Of a DNA stretch of 64,000 nucleotides, positions 51,201-62,513 are shown in pieces. The notes beneath the pieces are model-generated. The model was not told the DNA's origin and did not search any database. It was given only the letters and a program-made list of their open reading frames with translations. Position 1 is the first letter of the stretch, and each line of letters opens with the position of its first letter. The DNA is from Mytilus californianus. Lineage: Eukaryota. The stretch is taken from contig NW_026262690.1 in the NCBI RefSeq assembly GCF_021869535.1, positions 82,770,001 through 82,834,000 on the forward strand, written 5' to 3'. The position numbers were made by a program, and so were the translations under genes.

Positions 51201-54200
51201 CCATTCACTTAAACTAAAGTTATTGTGCGAAAACCAATGTGTCTTCGGACGACGACGACGACGAAGACGCCAACGTCATACCAATATACGACCGCAAAAA
51301 TTTTTTGCGGTCGTATTAAAATTGCAAAATATCAAAGTTCAAATAAAAAAATGATACCAGTAATTTAATTCTATGTTCAAATAGTATCAGCTCGTTTCGC
51401 TAGGCATAATCAACCAGCCAGCTAGCAAACTCAGATCTCTAAACATATTCAGTTAAATCAGTGTATGTTATATGAATCAATGTATATTATATAAATCAAT
51501 GTATATTATATGAATCAAAAATAGTCTTTCATGAGAGAAAATCTATAATTCAGGACGTCTGCCTTCTGGGTAGGATTGCATGATGTAAACGGTAGCAATA
51601 CAGATGGTATATTCAAATGGTCAGACTGTAGCGCCATAACATCTTCATACTGGTCTACCACAACACAGGCGAACGGTGAATTCTGTGTATCTGCCAGTCA
51701 AGTTGATCTGTTATGGACAATTCGTCCTTGTACAGACAAACTGCCTGCTGTATGTGAAAATCGCGAACCATGTAAGTTAGTCTAGAAAATGCATAACCCG
51801 TAACCGAGAAAAAAAGATACATGGAGCAAGCCAATATAAAAATAAACATATGTGGTATGATTGCCAATGAGACAACTCTCCACCAAAGACCAAATGTTGT
51901 AGAATTTAACAATTATAGGTCACCGTACGGCCTTCAACAATGAGCAAAACCCATACCGCATAGTACTGTAAGCTATTAAAGGCCCCGAAATGACAAATGT
52001 AAAACAATCCAAACGAGGAAACTAACGGCCTGATTAATGTACAAAACAATGAACGAAAAACTGTCATGTTATACATCAACAAACGACAACCACGTCTGAA
52101 TTACAGGCTCCTGACTTGGGACAGGCACATACAGAATGTGACGTAGTTAAACATGTTTGATGGCGCAAAACCCTCCCCTAACCAAGTCTACATTTTAACA
52201 TATACATCCTACACCCATAATAGGGAAACAATAAATTGTGTCCATGGGACACAGATGATGCCCCTGCTTGCATATAACGTTATAAAGGGACATAACTCAA
52301 GAACGGTAAAAGTGACGCCACCCAAATTCGAACTTGATCAGAGTTTTGTAGTAATAAGCATTGTGTGTGAGTTTTGGTTCATAAAATTTGGTTGGGGCAA
52401 ACTTAAGTAAAAGTATAGAAATAAAAAAAAATGCATTTTTTTCTATTTGAAAAGGGACATAACTCTACGGAACGGTAAAAGTGACGCCACCCTGGGAACA
52501 GTATATCTAACATGAATATATATGTTCCTGCGCCACCCAAATTCAGACTTAATCTGTGTTGTTTTGTGGTTATAAGCATCATGTATAAGTTTCATAACAA
52601 ATGGTTAAGGCAAACTAAAGGAAGAGAACGTAAACAAATATTTTGAAGTACGGATGGACGTACAGACGGACAAGAGTAACACTTAATGCCCCCTCAGCTG
52701 CGGCGGGGGCATAATAATAACACTAGACATGCCGGACGCTATGCCAATAACAAGAAAACGTTATTTCGCCTTCAACAGTTTAAAAGAGAATAACTCACTG
52801 TTCTACAATACAAAATAATAACACCAACGACAGTTTAGAATAACACCTAAAATGACTACAATAAATTGGACGAAAAACACAGATTGAAGGCAATGACATC
52901 ACTACTCATTCCGTAAGTCTGAATCCCACAGACTGTATAGTGAAAACATCCAAACTTACAGACACTTACTAAAAAGAAAAGATCATATCTAACTAATACT
53001 GAAAGGTACAAGAAAACGTGTTTACCTACACCAGTCATACAAAGAACATAATTGTTGTTGGATTGTTTTTTGTTGAATGTCAAATGGCGAAAAAAACAAG
53101 GCTGTGGCTACTTTGCCGTCGTTAGCAAAATAGAAAATATGTTATTTTGCCGGCTCTGATTAAAATATTTTAATTAAAGCTGGTAAAATAGCATATTTTT
53201 ATAGAAATGGCTATTTTGCCGGTTCTTTGTAAAGAGTGAATTTTAATTTACTTTTGAAAAGTACTACGGAAATGTGCATTGTCAACATAAAAGAATCGAA
53301 TTATTACTCATATAATTAAATAAGATAACAGTAACAATATCTGAGATACGTATAATCGTTTTAAAAAAATAAGAATGTGTAAACAGAAATAAAATATAAA
53401 TATTGAGCATCCATTTGTAGCAATGAAATCATATCAAAACATATGTAGTTGAAATTACTTTTAAAATCAGTAACAGTCTAATGTTACATGTACGCGTAGA
53501 ATAAAATCTCAGATTTTTTAACTGTATGTTGTAAAAAAAAATATAAGTTAAAAATCTCACTACATATAAATTTCATAAAACTTTATTGACTCTAACTAAA
53601 TCAATCACATAGTTTCAAAATCAAAAATGTTTAAATCAAGTTTGCTATTGAATTAATAGTCAGTTCTTTGAATTGCATATTTAAACAAAATCGTTTTTAT
53701 TGGCATAATTGGCTTCTGCTTACCTAGAGCCGGAAAATAGCATATTTTCTATTTTGCCGGCACCGTCAAAATAGCCACTGCCAAAAACAGTCTACAAAAC
53801 CAAAATAGCCACTGCCTAAAAACAGTCTACAAAATACTACATAGAAAAATAACGACTGCAGAGCAACACGCACCCCACCAAAAACTTATGGCGATCGCAT
53901 ATGTCAGTCCGGTAGGGTAAACAGACCCTGCTCCACATTTGGCTCCCGGTTGAAAGATCGGATACCTGTATGGTGTTTACATGGTTCCGAGGACGGACGG
54001 ACAGACTTAGAAGGAACATATTTGTTAGGATGAGATAACAACGATACTTCTGCAATTTGTGTAATGAATACTTGAATTGGTCTGGAGAGAAATTTCTTCA
54101 ATTTCGTAGAGCTTAACCTGCAGCTCGATTAACAAAACATCTTTGGTAATAATTAATCGTATAAATTACGCTGATTTGTTTAAATTTAATAATAGTAAAA

Positions 54201-57200
54201 CAAACAAGAAAAAAAATACACATTAACTACAGGTTAACCTTAACTTAAACCTCAGGTATAAAGATGACAAATGTCATACCCTATAGCTACCGCGTAGGTA
54301 TGTTAAATGTGAGATGCCTGGCTGGGCACACCAAACACTTTTAAAACGTTAAACTCGTCTTTTTCCACCATGCACGCATTATTAATAAGTAAAATCAAAT
54401 ACTAGTACAGCATGTAACGTTTTGCCTCAAAATAATGTGTCTGTGAAGGGTTAACATCGGACTGCGGAAGATACCTGTAATATTTGCTGCTGGGCGTAAA
54501 ACGGTTTTTTTATCAGCGTCATATCATAGCCATATTGATAACACATATCAAAGTATTTGTATCTAAATTCAATGTTTTATTTAGTAGTGAACAATTATTA
54601 TCAATCTCCACGTCATTTGTAAATGGACTTGCCCTTATTTGGTAGGTAATTTGGAACAAATAAATTTCTTTCTTATACCAGATTCGCTTGATATGAAAAT
54701 ACATCGTAGTTCGTTTTTATATTCTAATTCGTAGACTCAAACGAACATAAAATATTTATCAAATAAACACAAACTTTCAAATGGGAGACGCCACTTGCAG
54801 AGATAAGTGCACATTCTATTATTCTTATTGGTAAATGAACAACTTTTATAAATACAGATTCTCTGCGCCTATATCACTGTACTGTTCAAAATAAAGATTG
54901 CTTGATCCGTGTTTAATGTCCAGTTGCAAATATTAGATTTACATTCAATATATCTTCATGTCATAGCAATACACTCTCTTTGTACAATACCAAAACAGAG
55001 TAATTTTTAACGTGCACTATTGTGTCTGAACAGTCTTTATGAAGATGTATCACTCTAAAACAAATACACATTATTAAGACTCCGAGCAATCCAATGTTGT
55101 TGTTTTTTCACCCACTACTTAACGTGGTGTTCTTAGCAGAATACCATTTACCCAACCAGGGAAAAGAAACTATGATCTCCGAAGCTAATAAATTTCAGCC
55201 TTGTTTAAAATACATAATATATATAATATTAACACTTTTATTTTTATATCCACAGGTTCTTGTAAAATTATTTTTGATTCCACACAGTGTGCTAATTTGG
55301 AAACCTCTGTAAGCTCAACAAAAATTGGACTATCAGAGGAGGACTGTCAGACTCAATGTCTCCTGCATGTCCGTTCTAATGAGCAGTGCTGGGGTCTATC
55401 TTATGATACTACCACATCAACTTGTATTCTACATGAAAGACTACAGGCAAAAACAACTTGCACCCTCCCTCACAGATATTATAGGAAAGTCTGTTTTTCT
55501 TATCGTAAGTTAATAATAGGAGTACTTTTATAATATTATAAGATTGGTGAGACATGTATGATACTTAGGACTATCGGGAATAGTGTGAAAAATATGTGCA
55601 TATGTGGGTATGGGTATTACAAGTAACAAGTCTTTATATATCATTGGCTTTAAAAAAAATGGTTTTGAGAGTTCTTGATACTAGTGAAGGTAAAATATGT
55701 TTCTTTCCATTTTCTTGCGCTGGGTCTATATTGATTCTGGTGTACTGTTAGTCATGGAGGGGATCATCATCTCAATAGTCAGTACTTTGTTACTGATTTG
55801 ATCTATAACATACTTTAATTAAATTCTCTTTTTGATAAATCTTGAAAATTATTAAGAAACTAAGGTTCAAACTGAATTTCTGTTTTCATTTTCGGTTTCT
55901 ATTAGATCATGTAGCTACTCTATTCAGGTATTCATACATCCTTTCACTTATTCAGGTATTCATACATCCTTTCACTTATTCAGGTAATCATACATCCTTT
56001 CACATATTCAGGTATTCATGCATCCTTTCACATATGCAGGTATTCATGCATCCTTTCACATATGCAGGTATTCATACATCCTTTCACTTATTCAGGTAAT
56101 CATACATCCTTTCACATATTCAGGTATTCATGCATCCTTTCACTTATTCAGGTAATCATACATCCTTTCACACATTTAGGTATTCATACATCCTTTCACA
56201 TATGCAGGTATTCATACATCCTTTCACATATGCAGGTATTCATACATCCATTCACCAATTCAGGTATTCATACATCCTTTCACATATGCAGATATTCATA
56301 CATCCTTTCACATATTCAGGTATTGATACATCCTTTCACATATTCAGGTATTCATACAACATATTCAGGTATTCATGCATTCTTTCACATATTCAGGTAT
56401 TCATGCATCCTTGTCTATCAAATATTTGGGTTTGAGCTTTCCTAATGAAGGTATATCCAGTAAGCACGTTGAAAGCACACAATTTATAAAGTGTTATTTC
56501 CATTCATTAACAAGAGAGGACAAAACATACAATGCCTGATGCAGTATCTAAATTACATTTTGTATTTCAAGATCAAGAAAGTCTAAAACTGAGGTCAAGG
56601 TCAGATAAAAATTGTCAACTGCACATGGACTTCTTTTACCGAGTTCACATACAAACTATTCTAAACCAATTTTGCATAAGTCCAATGTTACATCCAGATG
56701 CCTTTTCCAAGGGTTGTCATCGTAAAAAAATACATCTTGCTTCACTTTGATTGCATTTCTTATGACTGTAAGGTTGATAAGTATATGACTTCATAAAGAT
56801 CAATAAGCAACATTATGTTAAGAATGGCCAAAAATTCAGTTTCTAACGAAATAACAAGTCATTTGTAATCCAGGGTTCAAAATTGGATAAGACACCATTG
56901 GTACCTCCCCCATAAAACACCTGCCTTCTTGTTCACTCCATTTGGTAATACTGATTAATTCTTTGATCATTTTAAACCACTAAATTTTTCTATAGTACAA
57001 TCATACCTGTATATAAAGGGCACCTCTTGACCACAGAAAACTGACCTTATTATAAAGAGAAATGACTTTCGAATTTAGGTTCAAAATACATTGATAGGTA
57101 TTACTACAGTGGAAGAAGCAAATGGTGACCTGACAATACAAGTTTCCCTTAATAGAAATAACCTTTATAGCAGGTTTGAATGTACATGGCATTGTTTCTA

Positions 57201-58846
57201 CATTTATCCAATATTATAACTATTTTTATAGAATCTGATTGACTTCTGGCAATCACATTTAAAAGAGAACAATTTCCATTTTTTTTCACTCAATCAGTTT
57301 TAAGGGTCATCTAGGTCTTGTTTAATCAGAACTCATTCAAAAATGCCTATTTAATCAGGTCATTAGTTTCCTTCTTTGAACTTTTTCTCTTTTTTTCATG
57401 TCTTTTATAACTGAATATATGTTATGGGTTTTGATCAATGTTAAAGGATGTACAGTAACCCTTAGTTACGTATATCCACATCATTTGAATTTGGTGGAAA
57501 GTTATTTCATTGGCAAACATACCACATCTTTTTTTTTTATATACTAGATAATTTTTTTAGAAACTAAATTATTCATAAATACACATCTTTAATTATATAC
57601 CGTAGAGTGGTTTTTTTTTTGCGGGTGTAAAATTTTGCAATTTGGGGGCAACAAAGTATACGAAAAATTTTGGCTGTTTTTATTTTGGCGGATTCTTAAT
57701 TCCCAATTAAATATTTTGGCGGATACTGAATTGGTTGCTATTAAAAAGTTGAAAAAAGTGATAGGCAGAAAACAGTTAAACATATCTTTGCTGAATGACG
57801 TCTTGTTTATTGAATATATTCAGATACAGTTATTCAATAAAAAAACGGTAACTTAGATATTTGTCACGGATGTACAAACTTCTTGTAAATGTTACGGTTG
57901 ATTTGTTACGAAATTTACCGTACCATTGATATAGTAATTAGGTTATAAAATTATCATAAGTGACTTACAACTCTTAAATAATTTGACACTTATTAAGGGT
58001 AAAATACCCAACAGAGTACCTTACACTATTTTATTATTTGACACTAAATAAAAAGGGTATGCCTATATACTGTTTAATTAGCACTCATGACATCCTTTTA
58101 TAAAATACATGTATGTACAATGCCCTTTGGCATTAATATTGTTATTAAAACAAATGCATACCCTTATCGATCTGCCGACTGGAAAAAGATAAGATTGATA
58201 GATATTATCACAAAACGTTATATAACTATTAAAATGTACCGAAAGTATGCATAAATTTTCCCGTAATATAGTTTCAAGATTTTCATTTATCCGCCAAAAT
58301 AAGCACCCTGCAAAAATTACCCGCTATACAGTAATATCTGTTTTTTACTGAAAATTAAATTAAAGATACATATTTGTGATTCCAGGTGCCAATCCTTTCC
58401 CACGTATAAACACCACTTACACCAACACTGACGTGAACCCAGATTCTGTATGTACCACAGGTGATGATCCTATTGATTCTAACATTGATTGTAATTACAC
58501 ACTCTCAGTGGACATTTCACCTGCAACAACACCAGCATGTTCCTGTCCTTCATGTGGATCAGAGGTCTCTGGTTTACCTGATTTTTGGGGTAACAGTACA
58601 TTACAAGAACAAATTGACTGGCTTGTAACAAGCCTGAAAGTAGATAAATCTAATACTTCTATCATGCGCAGAAGGAAATACAGTGCTACCGATTCTCGTA
58701 TGACTGCAGCTAGTATTGGTTATGCAGGAGCTGCCATTTTAATACTGATTGTTAGTGGTATTGTTATTTTAGATTTGAACAGACTATGGAGAGATATTAA
58801 ACAGGCATTTAAAGGAGTACACATGTACATATTACAAAAAAAGTGA
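48237..58846 (+). CDS. Type I membrane C-type lectin + PAN/apple domain protein, 384 aa. Exons: 48237-48282, 49832-50012, 51554-51771, 55256-55504, 58386-58846
   Basis: Five phase-consistent GT-AG exons totalling 1155 nt. Signal peptide MLVVFVWIALFSVSHG. CTLD: MSWNEASVECQTRGGRLL...FWVGL...FKWSD...FCV...WTIRPC..LPAVCE. PAN-like: EEDCQTQC....QCWGLSYD....CILH. TM: IGYAGAAILILIVSGIVIL. Confidence 0.9.
48290..49250 (+). mobile_element. 5'-truncated non-LTR retrotransposon (LINE) 3' fragment, frameshifted
   Basis: Frame 48325-48672 reads HIFDHALKSILLYTSEVWG...CEKLHLKFSKFIL...NFAVLSELGSFPL...KYWYR (post-RT region of ORF2). Next is RNERICK..CGEDEIHFLTSC (Cys/His motif). A 10-bp duplication (ATGCTTATAA) shifts the frame. 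The 3' end has a GCCC/GGGC hairpin, AATAAA and a (TTCTTG) tail. Confidence 0.85.
50225..51320 (+). mobile_element. Non-autonomous Helentron/HINE-like element in lectin intron 2
   Basis: Shares its 5' end with the 6800 copy. Internal C/A homopolymer-rich repeats, a (GAC)n microsatellite at about 51248, and a 15-bp perfect terminal stem (51286-51300 / 51302-51316) followed by an A-run. Confidence 0.7.
51845..52190 (+). mobile_element. Second long copy of the AGATGTGGTATGATTGCC family
   Basis: Colinear with 15775-16110. Confidence 0.85.
52210..52720 (+). mobile_element. HINE-like element in lectin intron 3
   Basis: Internal duplicated unit AAAGGGACATAACTC..AACGGTAAAAGTGACGCCACC, GGAC-type microsatellite, and 3' hairpin ATGCCCCC / GGGGGCAT (52686-52712) followed by AATAATAA. 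Confidence 0.7.
53100..53782. mobile_element. MITE with ~57-bp TIRs and a duplicated right terminus
   Basis: GG(C/T)-GTGGCTA-TTTG...GCAAAATAGAAAATATG-TATTTT-CCGGCTCT at both ends in inverted orientation. AAAATAGCCACTGCC-AAAACAGTCTACAAAA is repeated at 53769-53832. Confidence 0.75.
55921..56412 (+). repeat. 28-bp minisatellite, ~17.5 copies, in lectin intron 4
   Basis: Unit TATTCAGGTATTCATACATCCTTTCAC(A/T); one truncated unit at about 56341. Confidence 0.97.
56510..56750 (+). mobile_element. Degenerate HINE-like fragment
   Basis: AACAAGAG start and TGAGGTCAAGGTCA motif. Heavily decayed. Confidence 0.35.
57598..58333. mobile_element. MITE with TAC(C/T)GTA...TACAGTA ends
   Basis: Imperfect TIR TACCGTAGAGTGGTTTTTTTTGCGGGTG vs TACTGTATAGCGGGTAATTTTTGCAGGGTG; internal TATTTTGGCGGAT repeats. 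Confidence 0.7.
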
Positions 58847-60577
58847 TTCCTTTCCACGAATTGCAAACCAGGGGTTATTCCAGAAATAAATGATGATGAT
58901 TTCCATTACAAATATATATAAATTTTGTATTAAAATTTCTTTAGTTTTATTGATTTGTGTCCTTTGTTCAAAAGTTGTGTAGTTGCACTTGATTTTCATC
59001 ATATATGCTTCCAAATACATAACTTTTTATATTCTAAAATTGTGAAGTTGACCTTTGCAAAGTGATATCTGTTTCAGTGATCAGATAAAAACTGAAGTAG
59101 TTGGATCAAGAGGAACTGCCCTCTAACTTCTTATACATTTATTTTTTGTAACAGCTGTAATGTTAAATGGATGTTTTTTATCCTCTCGGATGTTGAATGT
59201 TTATAAAAATTATATATGTAGATGAATTTAAAACAGAAAGCCTAATGTATCTTTCTCTTATATTTTTATTCCATAAAATTTGTATGTACCCGGTTTTTAA
59301 AAAGCCACATTTTGAATAATTTAATAGATATTCCACTATTAAATGTTATGAGATTTCTTAGCAATAAACCTTCTGTTGTACAAACAGTTCATTTTCTTCC
59401 AACAGATCATAATTTCTCCTGGTTTACATCTGTGTCTAAAGGATACTTGGAGAGTACACATCCCGTATGAGAGAACCTGGTAACACATAATTAAAAGTGG
59501 GCACCTATTAACAAAAGTGTTTTTAAACTCGGCAAAGTCTACATTCAAATCACTGTAAATTATCATTGGCATTTGTTGAAAAGTTTTGAAGCTGCTCTTG
59601 ACTTCAATGTTATCTCTCTCCTAAATAGAACTGGTACACCTCTGAGTTGTGCAGCTGGCCATTCCATGGTGGTTAGAATTAATATAGATATCATCAATCT
59701 GTAGTTAAGTTGTTGGCATCTTTACTGTGATTGGCTGTAAAAAAACAACTTTAAAATAAAAGAAACAACAAAACACATGCAAAATACACATCATTTATAT
59801 ATCTGTTTAATGTTAAAGGGAAATAACTCTTTTTATTAAAGTAAAAGATATTAAAAATAGTCTCCATGACTTAGTGGTCTAACTGGTTGGTAAAGAATAC
59901 TTGTGTCAACATTTATCTCTGACATGATACAGGTGCAAATCATACTGTCTATTGACATTAAAAATAAATGGGTAAGTTTACTTAAAGGATTTGTCAGTTA
60001 TTTTTCTCAGGTCTGTCTTTGTAGGTACATAAAATTTTGTGTATTTTTAGATAGTGGTTTATGATGGACACATTTTGACAAATAAATGATTTCCTACTCA
60101 CAGTCAACAAATGAATGTATTTACAACAGCAAATATTGTAAATTGGCATCATGTCTATAAAAAAAAACCAATAATTTACCTTGCTGCAATATGGGCATTC
60201 ACCAAAAACTGTATTAAAACTTTGTCTACAGCCAGATGACCTTAACCACTGAAAAGAAATTCAAAACATGTCAGGAACATGAAGTGTCCATATAAAATAG
60301 ACAGTATAAAAATACAATTTTTGAGAGTCTCATTAGCTACAGAAAATTTTGAGAAAACAAAATGACAAATAACTATTTCGAATGGTAAATTCAACAACAG
60401 AAAATATAAAACCACTGGTAAAAAAATTGATCTGAAAAACAAAATTTGTGGTCTCTGTATGCATTGAGGGCAAGCTGTTTATGCAGGCTACAGCAAGCTA
60501 CACTGGGACAAAATTTATTATTTTTTCATGAGATTTTTGGACCTGATTGATGACAAGACAAACGTAGGGGTCAAGAA

Positions 60578-62513
60578 CAGGGCTTCCAAAACGGTCATAT
60601 ATTCCGGACTTGACCGAAACTTTCATAAAAAGACCGGCTGCTCTCAGCCTCAAACGGTCAAATAGAATTGGTGTGCCACATTTTGTTATTCAAGGCATTT
60701 TCATGAAACGGTCATTTCAATTTTTACCAACTATCGATCGATAAAAATGTCCGTTTGGGGCTTTGTGCATGTCCGTTTGGGCATTTTAGTTTATAATTGT
60801 GGCAATCTATTTCACAAAGATATTTCGGTCATAATTGGGTTTAATAAAACAGAAGCAGCATATTTCAGATACTTTGAAGTGTCTCAGTTAGTCTAATCCT
60901 CTGGGTACATAAATGTACGGCTTGGTCTTTAGCTTGTGTACATCAATAAAAAGTAGAAAAAACACGTTTTCTTTTATTTAAATAACAACAAGCTGTCAAA
61001 CAATTATCCCTTCAATAAGTTATATTGAAGCCATAAATCATTCACTGATAACAGGTTTGTTACCTTTGATGAGGTGTCCTTAGCTTATCTTTATCAATAG
61101 AATTAATGATGCATAACAATGTACATAAAGGTAATCCGGTAAACGAGGTCAAACATGTAAGCGTGTATGGAACAACATCCTATTTAATTACGCTTTATAG
61201 ATATTATTTTAAATGAGCATTCAGTTTTAAAAGTATCCTGATATTTAAAAGTTATTCTTCAAATAAGGATATTTATAAATGAATAAGTATGATATATATT
61301 ATTTTATTTAACACTGTACATCGTGTTAAATACTGGGGTACTCTCAAGGGGAAAATTTACTAAAATATATAGGAAAAACCCATGGACAAATTTCAGTCAA
61401 TAAATGATTTAACTAAGTTAAATGGTGCCGTGATCACTTCTAAATTATATCAAGAGAACAATGCCTGCTCCGAATTTATTCAGACAATTTCCGATGTTAT
61501 AGAGAAAGAGGTGATGTCCGACGTAAAGTTAAGTCCCGCCGTGGGAATTATGATCGACTAAGGTGTAGTCTAGGTATTGACGCTTTAGATCAACTTATGA
61601 GGATAAGCTTAGTAGGTGTAGATGTTAAAGACTTTGACCCTGTTCCTGCTATCCGCAAATGGCAATCCGTTCGTAACCGCCATGTTTATCAGAACAATGC
61701 ATTTAGCAAGCTCATGAATGTAAAATCTTTAATTAGACTAAATGAACTCTAATCTTGTGCTGTGATCTGTGCTTCTTTTCAATGTGCTCATTGTAATATT
61801 TATTGCGTGTGTTTGTCAGCATTGTGCTCTCCTGACATTTTATTGTTGTTATATGCTTACATAAAATATCATGTTGTTATTCATTAAATTATTTATCAAC
61901 TGAGTATGTTTTTATTTATTCCTTATTTTCTAAATCAGGTTGGGAAATTGTACAAAGAAAAATGTTATCACTGATCAGTAGATTTTACACGGTTTAAAAC
62001 AATATCCTTCATCGGGCCTCCTCAATGTTATCTATAAATACCGCATCAGTTGTAAAAGTCACGTGGTCAGGTAATAAATACACAAAAAGAAAAGTATCAC
62101 GTGTATTGATGATCAAGTTGTACTGCAATTAAAGCCAACATCAACAGTTTCAAATAAGATGGCCTTAATTTACAAAGTGTTAAGTACTCACAGAGAGAAG
62201 ATAGATTATATAAACAGAAACAAAAACATGAGAACAGTCAGGTACTGAAGCTGATTGATGCAATGATGGTTACTGTATTACGATACACAGAAAAATGACA
62301 CAATACCGAGGATAATATTTTATTTATTTTTAGAATGAAGAAAACAAAACAGTTATAAATAATTTTATTGCATATAACACTACTAATTATTTAGACACAT
62401 ATATCAATTTATGCATCCTCTCAGTTACATTTAAGTATCCAGCTGATCATTGACCGTCATAAATAATTCTTTGAAAAATGTCCGGCTGTCGTCAGGAAAT
62501 TTTGGAAGCCCTG
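60578..62513 (+). mobile_element. Internally deleted hAT DNA transposon, 1936 bp
   Basis: Perfect 14-bp TIRs CAGGGCTTCCAAAA (60578-60591 and 62500-62513). Exact 8-bp TSD GTCAAGAA (60570-60577 and 62514-62521). Subterminal CGGTCA/TGACCG repeats and transposase remnants inside. Confidence 0.95.
61373..61752 (+). pseudogene. hAT transposase remnant: N-terminal/DUF4371-like piece fused out of frame to the C-terminal dimerization piece
   Basis: 61382-61561 reads MDKFQSINDLTKLNG...YQENNACSEFIQTISDVIE...SPAVGIMID*. 61555-61752 reads RLRCSLGIDALDQLMRISLVG...FDPVPAIRKW. The catalytic core is absent. Confidence 0.8.

Noticed and set aside
55921-56412. CRISPR-like array (28-bp repeat)
   Set aside because: Units are contiguous with no unique spacers, the context is a eukaryotic intron, and there are no cas genes. 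The overlapping ORFs at 55842-56445 are artefacts of the repeat.
62078-62240. Start-less open frame inside the right half of the hAT element
   Set aside because: No start codon or recognisable transposase motif.
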